From the NCBI GenBank assembly GCA_964577145.1, contig CAZNXM010000006.1, forward strand, positions 878 through 64,877: a stretch of 64,000 bases of DNA, in the 5' to 3' direction. Numbering within the stretch: the stretch's first letter is position 1; each line of letters opens with the position of its first letter. Of this stretch, positions 27,865 through 36,842 are shown piece after piece. Made by a program: the position numbers and the translations under genes. The stretch comes from an uncultured Candidatus Poseidoniales archaeon. GTDB lineage: Archaea > Thermoplasmatota > Poseidoniia > Poseidoniales > Poseidoniaceae. The notes under the pieces are model-generated. The model did no database searches. It saw only the letters and a list, made by a program, of their open reading frames with translations, and was not told the origin of the DNA.

Positions 27865-28319
27865 ATCCCCTCCTCATCAAGGCGTTTTCTCGTCCCAGCT
27901 AAGTCAAGAATTCTAGCGATTATTTTACGAGTTCCATCGAGGTCATCAGATAGTCCTTCAACTCGAACCACCTTGATATGACCAAGACCTCGTTCTTCAA
28001 GTGAAGTTCTAATTCTTCCCTCGGCATGCTCTTGGTCATACCCGAGAGCAATTACATCAGGATTGACGCTCGGGAGAATATCGAAGATTGGTACGTCTGG
28101 CGAATTGCCAATAATTGCTTCATCAACTGGCTTGAGTCCCTCTACCATTCGACGTCGTAAGTCTTGCCCTGTCACTGGCTCATGCTTACGCTTTCGTACG
28201 GTATCGTCGTGTGCTACCACTACCGTCAAATGATTGCCCAGAGCCTTTGCCTGCTCCAAATAATGCAGATGTCCTGCGTGAAGAAGGTCGAATACTCCAA
28301 CTGCCATTACTCTGACCAT
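27861..28319 (-). CDS. ribL: Cytidylyltransferase-fold FMN adenylyltransferase (archaeal FAD synthetase RibL-like)
   Basis: 152 aa; 'VMAVGVFDLLHAGHLHYLEQAK' HxGH nucleotidyltransferase motif; located between ribE and ribB. Confidence 0.6.
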   Translation of the reverse strand: MVRVMAVGVFDLLHAGHLHYLEQAKALGNHLTVVVAHDDTVRKRKHEPVTGQDLRRRMVEGLKPVDEAIIGNSPDVPIFDILPSVNPDVIALGYDQEHAEGRIRTSLEERGLGHIKVVRVEGLSDDLDGTRKIIARILDLAGTRKRLDEEGI

Positions 28320-28357
28320 TTGCTTCTCCTCCGTGTTCCGGGATAGGGCTGACTCTC

Positions 28358-29056
28358 TTAGAGACCGAGGGCGGAAATCAATTCCTCTCCAGTCAAGAAT
28401 GGGATGTTTCTCTTATTCGCCCAAATACGGGCATCATCTACTGCAAGTGCTAGGTCGCCATCGGGTTGTAACATCTCTGCCCCAATCACAACTGGAGTCA
28501 ATCCAGCAAGGCGGGCTAGACCTACTGCCAATTCAGTATGGCCTTGTCGCTTGGATAGGCCGCCTTCGGATTCCCTGCAAACAGGTATGTGCCCAGGTGT
28601 GCGGAATTCAGCCCCGAGTGCCTCAAGTGGATTTACCCCGCTCTCATTTACTTCGGCAAACAATTCTGCGAACCTGCGCGTAGTTAGTGCTCGGTCATGA
28701 TCTGTTATTCCAGTGAATGTTTCACGATGATTTATCGAAAGGGTGAACGCACTACGAGTATCGTATTGTAGATCATCCGTTTGGAGATGGCGCAGCACTT
28801 CATGGTCTGCCATCAAACGTTCATCCATGTGCAAATCCTGCAGATAAGGAAGATCGAATAATTCACCAACTTCATGGCCGATAGCAAGGAAAAGTAAGCC
28901 GCCGCAATCAAAGCGAAGTTGGCGCATTGTGGAGGGTGTGGCGGCCTGACCCGGAAATAGCAGGTCGGTTTCCCCTTCCCTGTTCTCTGCATCGAAAAGA
29001 CACACTGGTTGACCTGCACGGAATGCGTCAACCGCGGCCCTGACATGAGGCTGCAT
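28358..29056 (-). CDS. ribB: 3,4-dihydroxy-2-butanone 4-phosphate synthase
   Basis: 'REGETDLLFPGQ' DHBP-synthase signature. The ORF opens at GTG 29095; ATG at 29056 (MQPHVRAAVDAF…) aligns with known RibB N-termini. Confidence 0.85.
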   Translation of the reverse strand: MQPHVRAAVDAFRAGQPVCLFDAENREGETDLLFPGQAATPSTMRQLRFDCGGLLFLAIGHEVGELFDLPYLQDLHMDERLMADHEVLRHLQTDDLQYDTRSAFTLSINHRETFTGITDHDRALTTRRFAELFAEVNESGVNPLEALGAEFRTPGHIPVCRESEGGLSKRQGHTELAVGLARLAGLTPVVIGAEMLQPDGDLALAVDDARIWANKRNIPFLTGEELISALGL

Positions 29057-29179
29057 GGACCCTCCGTTCTGGTTCTCTCTCATGAACCCACGCACGTCGA
29101 ATCGCGGTCATTTAGGAACGCTTGACGGAAAGGGGTTAACATAGGACACCCCTTCGGCCTGACCTGCGGGGATGGAATC

Positions 29180-30388
29180 ATGGGTGTCAAACTTGGACCG
29201 GCCGGAGTACCACTATCCTGTAAGGGTCGCACAATTGTAGAAGGAATGGACGATATTATCTCTCTCGGACTTGAAACAATGGAAGTCCAAACCGTGCGCA
29301 TGGTAGCACCTCAGCACTTCGAGCAGTACTGGCAAGCAGGAGTTCTTGCCAACAAAACTGATTTCGAAATGAATATCCATGGGCCATATTATTCGGAGTT
29401 ACTCGGTAATCGCCTTGAACGAAACCGTAGCCTCGCTAAAGTCGAAGCTGCACTACAGGCTGCGAAGACGATTAACGCACGCCATGTTACACTTCACGCT
29501 GGACATTATGGAGAGATGAATCGCGGACAAGAAGCAAATGAGCAGGTCGCAAGCGTGTTCAAAGGAATTGTTCAGAGAATCCATGACATATGGAATGATG
29601 ATGAAGATGAATACCCAGTATTCCCTTGGTTGAAAGAAGGAACCGCTTCAAAAATCGGAGTAGAAACCAGCGGTCGTCAGGAATTATGGGGTAGCCTCGA
29701 AGAAGTATTGGAGGTCGTCAATCATGTTGAAGGAACCATTCCTGTTCTCAATCTAGCTCATATTCACGCACGTGGCCATGGACGCTTGCGAACCTCGGAA
29801 GACTACGGCGAGTTGTTTGACCAAGTTCGTGAAACCATAGGGACCAAACAATTCTACTGCCATTTCTCCGGTATTGAGCACCGAATGGGTAATGCTCTTC
29901 ACTACACTCAAATCAAGAAATCCGATTTGAACTTTGAACCATTGGCTGAGTTCTTAATCGAAGATGGTGCTTGGCTTGATGTCACATTGATCTCCGATTC
30001 GCCACTACTAGAACACGATGCCATGTTTATGCTTCAGAATATCGAGCGAGCACGCCATCGGCAACTTGAGCGCAAGGCTAGGGAAGACCGCAGAAAGGCC
30101 CTCGCTGCACAAGCGAATATTACTCCTGAAGAAATGGAGGCTCGTGAGGCTCAAGTTTCAGCAGCACGTGCAAAGGATGCTCTTGCAAGAGCAGAAGCTG
30201 CTGTGGCTGAAACCAAGGCTGCAGAGAAAGCAGAGGTCGCACCTGATACCGAGGACAAACCTGAACCCGCTAAGAAAGCGGCTCCTAAGAAAAAAGCGGC
30301 TCCTAAGAAGAAAGCAGCGGCTAAGAAGAAGGAGGAGGACAACTCTGACCTCTTTGCCGTAGACGAAGAAGACGATGACCTCTTCTGA
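29180..30388 (+). CDS. Xylose-isomerase-like TIM-barrel protein (endonuclease IV / AP-endonuclease family 2-like) with a C-terminal histone-H1-like lysine/alanine-rich tail
   Basis: 402 aa; metal-ligand-like pattern (HAGHYG, GVETSG, NLAHIHARGHG, CHFSGIEH) resembling Nfo; tail of about 60 aa reads …KAAPKKKAAPKKKAAAKKKEEDNSDLFAVDEEDDDLF. Confidence 0.5.
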   Translation: MGVKLGPAGVPLSCKGRTIVEGMDDIISLGLETMEVQTVRMVAPQHFEQYWQAGVLANKTDFEMNIHGPYYSELLGNRLERNRSLAKVEAALQAAKTINARHVTLHAGHYGEMNRGQEANEQVASVFKGIVQRIHDIWNDDEDEYPVFPWLKEGTASKIGVETSGRQELWGSLEEVLEVVNHVEGTIPVLNLAHIHARGHGRLRTSEDYGELFDQVRETIGTKQFYCHFSGIEHRMGNALHYTQIKKSDLNFEPLAEFLIEDGAWLDVTLISDSPLLEHDAMFMLQNIERARHRQLERKAREDRRKALAAQANITPEEMEAREAQVSAARAKDALARAEAAVAETKAAEKAEVAPDTEDKPEPAKKAAPKKKAAPKKKAAAKKKEEDNSDLFAVDEEDDDLF

Positions 30389-30401
30389 AGCAACCCCTTC
30401 A

Positions 30402-31709
30402 TCAGCGGTTATCTTGTAGAATTAAGCGGCCACTACCTTGTCCTTTAGGACCACATGCCGGGCAACTATGCCAGATTCCATCTGAGCGTTGATACTTTGA
30501 TTTCTTACTGGTAATAAGTGAAGATACATCCTTACCGCAATCTGAGCACATCATTAGGAAATCAGGGTCTGAATCTGAACTCTCGAATTCTAATTCTAAC
30601 TCGATTTTGTCATTTTTAGATTGTGGGATTCGAACATTTCGACCACCCATTTGGCTCAAAATTGTAGAAACTCCAATTCCACCGAGCAGCGATGCACCGC
30701 CTACTGTGATTAAATCGGCTGTATCGCCACTACCCGTGATACTAACATCGTCTTCCGAACTGCTCACGCTGTTAACTGGCTCATCATTGTTGCACACAGG
30801 GCATATTGTAATACAACCTGAAGAATTTACTGAAGTTTCTGTAAATCTTTCATTTGAAGTTTTATTTGAAGTAAATGGCTCATAACAGATGTCATCAATA
30901 TTTCGAACACCATCACCATCATCATCTCCAAGTGCTTCACAAACGCTTGTACTCATCCTAGATGTTGTTGGACTATTATTGAAGTCAAATGGGTCAGCAC
31001 CACATGCGCTTTCCAATTTATCACTCCACCCATCTTTATCTGAATCTAGCATGAGTAACCCGGGTTTGACTTCATCTGGACATGAACTACCATATCTAAC
31101 GGATTCAGAAACTGCAGTATTCATCAATCGTGATAGTTCCTGGGATTGTGAATCGAAAATTGTGGCAGTAATCCAATAACATCCACTGCTTGAAGCGAGG
31201 CCAGTATTCATAATGAAACCATCACTTTGTATTGTATTTGGAAGAATTGACGAAGTGAATTCACTCTGACCGGACTCACCTGTGTTCACAATTATCCTGC
31301 CGCTAAATGAATCGGCCCCTCCAGCTAAAGATATGTCACTAAGCGCTACGATTGTATTATCGTGTTGAGAAGTATTTGTTGCATCGTTGGCGAGGATTCC
31401 GAACATCTGCCAATTGATCACAAATGTACGATTGAGTTCAAGACCTGATGCGCCGATAACTACCAGAAGACGCTCTGCCGGATAAGACAAATCATAGACT
31501 TGAGCATCTGAATCCCACATTATTGGACTTGTATCCTGTTGATCTTCTAGAATCCTTACTTCAAGATGGCCGTGGGTAGTCAAGTCGCCACCATGCGACT
31601 CGCGACTTACTGATTCTGGAGCAAGTTTTTCGACAGGTTGCTCGTCCAATAATAGTGCAATACTTGTTGTTAATAAACAACAAACCAACAAAACATGTGA
31701 GATTTTCAT
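30402..31709 (-). CDS. Secreted cysteine-rich protein with thrombospondin-type-3-like Ca-binding Asp repeats and a C-terminal CxxC…CxxC zinc-ribbon-like element
   Basis: Signal peptide MKISHVLLVCCLLTTSIALL (ATG 31709); 'DSDKDGWSD…DDDGDGVRNIDD' DxDxDG repeats; C-terminus 'CSDCGKD…HSCPACGPKG'. Confidence 0.55.
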   Translation of the reverse strand: MKISHVLLVCCLLTTSIALLLDEQPVEKLAPESVSRESHGGDLTTHGHLEVRILEDQQDTSPIMWDSDAQVYDLSYPAERLLVVIGASGLELNRTFVINWQMFGILANDATNTSQHDNTIVALSDISLAGGADSFSGRIIVNTGESGQSEFTSSILPNTIQSDGFIMNTGLASSSGCYWITATIFDSQSQELSRLMNTAVSESVRYGSSCPDEVKPGLLMLDSDKDGWSDKLESACGADPFDFNNSPTTSRMSTSVCEALGDDDGDGVRNIDDICYEPFTSNKTSNERFTETSVNSSGCITICPVCNNDEPVNSVSSSEDDVSITGSGDTADLITVGGASLLGGIGVSTILSQMGGRNVRIPQSKNDKIELELEFESSDSDPDFLMMCSDCGKDVSSLITSKKSKYQRSDGIWHSCPACGPKGQGSGRLILQDNR

Positions 31710-31864
31710 ATTTTCCCTCAATTTCGGGAGGGGGTTTTGGGCAATCAACCTTACCAAGGGAATTTCAATCAATGCTGTGCAATGTCATTCAACCCATTGA
31801 ACCCTACTTTGAGCACCTTGCACAAGGGAATCCCCTAAAGGGGATTGGTTAGCCACGAAGTAAC

Positions 31865-32863
31865 ATGGCTCACATCGCAGTGCTCGGATTGGGGAACTGG
31901 GGAAGCGCAATTGCAAAACTGTGGATTGCTGAAGGTCACAGAGTCAAGGGCTGGACTATTGAGCAAGAAGTCTACGAATCTATCACCATGGAGGGTATGA
32001 ATCACAAGTACCTACCAGAGCACTCACTCGAAGGTATTGAAGCTACTATGCACCTCGAAGAAGCTCTTGATGGAACAGAGATTATCGTACTCGCTCTTCC
32101 CTCATCTGTAATCTTAGGAGTTGTAGAAGACATCCTTCCTCACCTTCGCCCAGGTCATGTTTTACTCGACCTCGCCAAAGGTTTAGCTCCTGGGAAGCGT
32201 TTGATCAGTGAAGCCATTCACGAAATGCTCAGCGAGAAGGATATGCACAATCCGTTAGCAGTTCTAACTGGACCTACCATCGCTCCTGAAGCAGCAGGCG
32301 GAGTAATGACAACTGCGTTAGTAGCAAGCGAAGATGAATCGGTTGCAGTTCGGCTCGCGAAAACCTTGACCACTCCAACTTTTATTCTGCATGCAGCCTC
32401 TGACCCTGCGGGTGCAGAATTGTGGGGGGCATTCAAGAATGTCGTCGCTCTTGCTTGTGGCCTTGTCGACGGCTTGAAACAAACTGGTACCCTTGGTGGA
32501 GACAATCTCAAAGCTGCAATTTTCAGTGCCGGATTCCGTGAAGGGTGTATCCTTCTACCTCAATTAGGAGCAAGGGCGGAAGTTGCATTCGGACCTGCAG
32601 GTCTTGGGGACCTCTATGTTACTGCAACTTCACCACACGGCAGAAATCGTAGAATGGGTGAAAAACTCGGAAGTGGATTAACTCTTGAACAAGCTCTAGA
32701 GGAGATGGTAATGGTCGCTGAAGGAGTAAGGGCTGCTCGTATGTTTAGGGATAGAGCAAAGGATCTTGGCCTTGATGTGCCATTCGTAAATGCACTCAAT
32801 ACTCTCCTCGATGGATTCATCGAAAGCGAAGAATGTTGCCGCCGAATGGTCGCCCTTACCTGA
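31865..32863 (+). CDS. gpsA: NAD(P)H-dependent glycerol-3-phosphate dehydrogenase (bacterial type)
   Basis: 332 aa; 'IAVLGLGNWGSAIA' Rossmann motif; GpsA core conserved throughout. Confidence 0.85.
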   Translation: MAHIAVLGLGNWGSAIAKLWIAEGHRVKGWTIEQEVYESITMEGMNHKYLPEHSLEGIEATMHLEEALDGTEIIVLALPSSVILGVVEDILPHLRPGHVLLDLAKGLAPGKRLISEAIHEMLSEKDMHNPLAVLTGPTIAPEAAGGVMTTALVASEDESVAVRLAKTLTTPTFILHAASDPAGAELWGAFKNVVALACGLVDGLKQTGTLGGDNLKAAIFSAGFREGCILLPQLGARAEVAFGPAGLGDLYVTATSPHGRNRRMGEKLGSGLTLEQALEEMVMVAEGVRAARMFRDRAKDLGLDVPFVNALNTLLDGFIESEECCRRMVALT

Positions 32864-32900
32864 TGGTCAGGTTGAAGGTCTGGGCCTTCATGGCAAGGTC

Positions 32901-33116
32901 ATGGCAGAGGAGATTACTGAGTTTGAGATGAGACTCTTTGAGTGGATTCGCCAATCGGATTTCGAAGAGGTCCCTTGGTCTACCAAGAAGGCTGCAAAAT
33001 CATTCAAAGTCAAGGAAGATGAAATCTACGAATCCTTAGCTGCATTAACACGCAAACTCCCAAACAGAATCCAAATCTCATATGCGGATGGCAACCTTCA
33101 CATTGCTGCTGAGTGA
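32901..33116 (+). CDS. Small acidic hypothetical protein
   Basis: ORF 32790-33116 overlaps the gpsA 3' end. The internal ATG at 32901 (MAEEITEF…) gives a 72-aa product ending 2 nt before the DUF393 gene start. Confidence 0.3.
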   Translation: MAEEITEFEMRLFEWIRQSDFEEVPWSTKKAAKSFKVKEDEIYESLAALTRKLPNRIQISYADGNLHIAAE

Positions 33117-33117
33117 T

Positions 33118-33456
33118 ATGACTGACACACTCTTTCTCGATGGCCTGTGTGCAATGTGCACGCGTTCGGGGTATTTTCTTTCACAACGTCTCTCTAAGGA
33201 ACTGATATTATCTGAATTGCAAAGTCCAGAAGGTGAAGAGACCCTCAAAAACAATCAGATTACTGCTGATACAGTAGTTTTAGTACGAAATGGCAAGGCA
33301 TACATTCGCTCTGCAGCAGGAATAAGGTGTCTGCTCTACATGCGTTGGAATTGGCGATGGATGTTTCCTTTCGCTTGGCTTATTCCACTACCATTACGGG
33401 ATCTCGTTTACATCATCATCTCAAAGACGAGACACAACTTCTCAAAGGCGAATTGA
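33118..33456 (+). CDS. DUF393 / DCC-family thiol-disulfide oxidoreductase-like protein
   Basis: 'LFLDGLCAMCTRS' matches the DCC-family 'xDGxCxLC' motif near the N-terminus. Confidence 0.6.
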   Translation: MTDTLFLDGLCAMCTRSGYFLSQRLSKELILSELQSPEGEETLKNNQITADTVVLVRNGKAYIRSAAGIRCLLYMRWNWRWMFPFAWLIPLPLRDLVYIIISKTRHNFSKAN

Positions 33457-33463
33457 ATTCACT

Positions 33464-35089
33464 TCACAATCCGCCATCTCTGCGACCTTCGCGATATGCT
33501 TCAATCGCAGCACGAGCAATTGCTGCTGGGTCATTTACGATTTGACTATCGATTTTCGTCGAACCAAATAGAGCATCACCCACTAACACAGAATCAGACA
33601 TCACAAGCGACTTGCCATCTGATTCTTCAGATTCGCCGGCAATTGATTCCATGTTGTCCAATACTGCCTTCATATCTTCCAATTCCTCACTCTTTTCTTC
33701 GAGTTCATCTTCCATCACAATTACCCTTTCTTTAGTTTCATTCAATTCGGCTGTGAGAGTTTCTGCCTCTAGACGCGCCATTATCATTTGATGCTCTAGA
33801 CTTTGTATTACATCCTCAAGACGTGCAGCCTCATCTGATGATGATGGAGCAAGCAGTTCAGGTAATTCTTGTTGACCAGATTCTCTCGGCCTAACTGACT
33901 CGAGAAGTGATTCTTCTCCAGAATTGATTGTGGTATTGAGGAGTTTTACAACCGCTAATGAGCCTAGGAATGATAACAAAATATACATTAGCAAAAAAGC
34001 GTGTAATACGAATTCACCAGTTTGTCTGTGATCCCAGACTTCCCATTTGTAATATTGATATCCATCCAAGATTTCTAGGAATATTGCCATTAGCCCAATA
34101 ACAGTCAAAGTAGTAGATAGAATTAGAATAATTTCACTGCTTTTACTTTCATATTCTCCAGGCGTACTGGGTTCCATTTGTGGTGGTAGTTCAATTCTAC
34201 CTTCTACTACTCCGTCTGGGTCTAATGCTAGTTTTCTTATTGTGGAAACCTCAAGGTTTCTCAACTTTGATCTAGTAGTAATGAATTTCCCTGATCTAAT
34301 GAAGAACGGAACCATTCCACCAATGATAAATACTGACACAAAGAGATATCCTATCCAGAAATATGGACCATCCGGACCAAATGGAATATCCGTAGAATAA
34401 TCATCGAACATCGTTGGCCCTTCTACACTAAAATCGCTAGGGCCTGAACCCATGTATCTACCATCTACCCAAGTCTCCTCATAGGGGCTCCCCGCGTTTC
34501 TTTGCTCTGAATTGAAATAACAATTCTCTAAGTCGAAATTCCAATGGGAATCTAATCCTTCAACGAATTCTTCTTCCGTTTGTAAATAATTAAGTGATTC
34601 AGCGGCATTTTCACATTCGTCTTGCCCGAATCGCCACCCACTGCCAGACCATTCCTCAAACATAAACGCTGTAGCAGACATGATGAAAATTAATCCTGCA
34701 ATAGCAAACACAAGAGCAAACGGAGAGGTATGTTCTCCGGGATCAGATAATCCCGAGAACATTGGTTTCAACATAATTGAAACACCAATGATTATCGCTA
34801 TGAGAAAAATCCAATTAATGTATGAAAAATAAATATTCATCTCAAAACCTGGTAATCCTGCAGCGATGAGTCCTTGTAATAGAATAAATGCCAATATCGA
34901 GTAAACAACAACCCAAGAATGCTGCAACTCCACCCCCTTGAGTCTAGCAAAGATACCCCCGCCTTTGCCAGAGAGGAAACCTCCAACAGTTGATGGTATC
35001 TTAAACAGCTTGAATGATAATGCAATTATTGCGAAAATGAAAATAATACCAAAAATGCTCACATTCATGTTTATTGCTAATCGTTCCAT
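33464..35089 (-). CDS. Membrane protein with N-terminal TM helices, a large central domain and a C-terminal coiled-coil
   Basis: 541 aa; several hydrophobic helices; C-terminal heptad-like EELEEKSEELEDMKAVLDNMESIAGE region; no family motif recognised. Confidence 0.5.
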   Translation of the reverse strand: MERLAINMNVSIFGIIFIFAIIALSFKLFKIPSTVGGFLSGKGGGIFARLKGVELQHSWVVVYSILAFILLQGLIAAGLPGFEMNIYFSYINWIFLIAIIIGVSIMLKPMFSGLSDPGEHTSPFALVFAIAGLIFIMSATAFMFEEWSGSGWRFGQDECENAAESLNYLQTEEEFVEGLDSHWNFDLENCYFNSEQRNAGSPYEETWVDGRYMGSGPSDFSVEGPTMFDDYSTDIPFGPDGPYFWIGYLFVSVFIIGGMVPFFIRSGKFITTRSKLRNLEVSTIRKLALDPDGVVEGRIELPPQMEPSTPGEYESKSSEIILILSTTLTVIGLMAIFLEILDGYQYYKWEVWDHRQTGEFVLHAFLLMYILLSFLGSLAVVKLLNTTINSGEESLLESVRPRESGQQELPELLAPSSSDEAARLEDVIQSLEHQMIMARLEAETLTAELNETKERVIVMEDELEEKSEELEDMKAVLDNMESIAGESEESDGKSLVMSDSVLVGDALFGSTKIDSQIVNDPAAIARAAIEAYREGRRDGGL

Positions 35090-35155
35090 CTTTTGTTTCT
35101 TTCGCCAACAATGAGATCATAGATTCTGGGTTACTCTTTACTTGTTTCTTAGAAT

Positions 35156-35371
35156 TCACTCTTTAAGCTCTTTTGCAATTTCAGCATACTTCTCAGGATT
35201 CTGTACCTTGAGGAATTCGAGATAGTCTTCGATATTATCAAACTCGATTGGTAAGACCAGTATCTCTTCACAATCTTGACATTGGTAACGTTCTCCGGTC
35301 ATGAATCCCATCCATGGATAAACTCGGTAACCAAAACAATTTGAACAGATTCTAAAAGAAGACATTTTCAT
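35156..35371 (-). CDS. Small zinc-ribbon protein
   Basis: About 72 aa from ATG 35371 (MKMSSFRICSNCFGY…CQDCEE): two CxxC pairs. The longer ORF upstream would overlap the VOC gene. Confidence 0.35.
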   Translation of the reverse strand: MKMSSFRICSNCFGYRVYPWMGFMTGERYQCQDCEEILVLPIEFDNIEDYLEFLKVQNPEKYAEIAKELKE

Positions 35372-35444
35372 CCCTACATTTGAATGTTGAAGTGGATAAT
35401 ATTTGAGTACTTCTTTGATGGTCCTTTCTAGGCTTTCCCTTTTA

Positions 35445-35873
35445 CTATGCGTCAGAGTAATCATTTTGCGAAGCGAAATCCGGCTTGAGATACTCAACGA
35501 ATTCGTACTCATTTTCATCAGCATCATAGAAGTAAATACGCTTTCGGTTGGGGTTGCCCAGAGAACTCATTCCTTCAGTAAACCCTGCATCGATTAATCT
35601 CTTTGATACTGCAGCAACATCTGAGACTACGAATCCTAGATGGTTTAGTCCAGGGTCAACATAAGGCTCATGTGGCCCCTTTTCCTTTGCACCCCTGTCT
35701 TCTATGGCAATATAATTGGTATCTGTACCAAGATGTACCCATCTGCGACAATTACTTTCCTCGTCACTTACATCTGCTCGAACTTTCCAATCTGGCATTG
35801 CAGTTTGGAAAAAACGAATCGCTTCATCGACATCGGTCACGGTGATGTTTACGTGCTCAAGATATGAGACCAT
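35445..35873 (-). CDS. VOC-family (glyoxalase/bleomycin-resistance/dioxygenase) protein
   Basis: 142 aa; 'LEHVNITVTDVDEAIRFF' and 'HLGFVVSDV' paired beta-alpha-beta-beta-beta modules. Confidence 0.65.
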   Translation of the reverse strand: MVSYLEHVNITVTDVDEAIRFFQTAMPDWKVRADVSDEESNCRRWVHLGTDTNYIAIEDRGAKEKGPHEPYVDPGLNHLGFVVSDVAAVSKRLIDAGFTEGMSSLGNPNRKRIYFYDADENEYEFVEYLKPDFASQNDYSDA

Positions 35874-35923
35874 GGCTGGTTTATTCTACCAACAGCCAAT
35901 AACATTGCCCTAGGACAACTTGT

Positions 35924-36790
35924 TCAGTTTAGCGGCTCTGATTCTTCTGCTGGGGTATGAGCATCTGTATCTCGCTTGTAGAGAATACCCATGATTGAAA
36001 GGTATCCTATCCAGGTGAAGAATTCAAGCATAGTAGGGTCGCCATTCCATCCTATTGTAGCTCGCATCATTCCACCTATTGCTCCTTTGTCATGCATTAC
36101 TGGGGCATCTCCAGAACCATCCCAATCTGGGTTTACATTCCATATTTCCTCATTGTATACTGGAATAATTCCCGCATCTTCTTCTTGTAATTCATGAACG
36201 CCATGAGCCGCTAAGCCAGCACCTACGAAGATCAGCAGGATTGTAGTTGCGGTGAATAATTTCTTGATATTGATTTTAGCGCCTTTGGAATGAATTAACC
36301 ATCCAAGGAAAACCGCCGCACTGATACCGATTAGCAGCCCAAGTATGGCCCAGTTAGTCTCTGTTCCAGCAGACATGAAAACAACTGTTTCCGAGCCCTC
36401 TCTCCAAACTGAGAGGAAGGCAATTACCGAGAGTGCTTTGGCTCCACCATCGAGGTCGGTTACTGCATCTTCTGCCAATTTTTCGAGTTCAGATTTGGAG
36501 TGGTGTTTGATCAAATGGAATACAACAATAGCGATTAGCCCTGCAGAAACCAACATCAGTACTCCCTCAAACCAAGCTTCGTTCTCAGCAAATCCTCCAA
36601 TGATGAATTCGAATGCTATTGCAGTGAAAATGCTCGCAATGATACCCAATCCCACTCCCTTCCAGATGCTATTCATTAATTCTGGCCGTGCTGATTTCTT
36701 CAGGATAAGCATGAAGATTACCACGATTAATGTGGCCTCCAGAGCTTCTCTAAATCCGATAAGACCTCCAGTCCAGAAATCGGCCATCAT
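35924..36790 (-). CDS. FTR1/EfeU-family high-affinity iron permease
   Basis: 288 aa; two RExxE motifs in TM helices (REALEATLIV and REGSETVVFM); 7-TM pattern. Confidence 0.7.
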   Translation of the reverse strand: MMADFWTGGLIGFREALEATLIVVIFMLILKKSARPELMNSIWKGVGLGIIASIFTAIAFEFIIGGFAENEAWFEGVLMLVSAGLIAIVVFHLIKHHSKSELEKLAEDAVTDLDGGAKALSVIAFLSVWREGSETVVFMSAGTETNWAILGLLIGISAAVFLGWLIHSKGAKINIKKLFTATTILLIFVGAGLAAHGVHELQEEDAGIIPVYNEEIWNVNPDWDGSGDAPVMHDKGAIGGMMRATIGWNGDPTMLEFFTWIGYLSIMGILYKRDTDAHTPAEESEPLN

Positions 36791-36842
36791 AGACCGGCGG
36801 GGGTAAAGCGCCCACTATAATATTTAGGGCACCCTAAATCTC

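Noticed and set aside
29057-29179. FMN riboswitch upstream of ribB
   Set aside because: The region is only about 120 nt even with the corrected ribB start, and it is divergent. I could not recognise the conserved FMN-aptamer helices. There is only a short hairpin (29131-29153).
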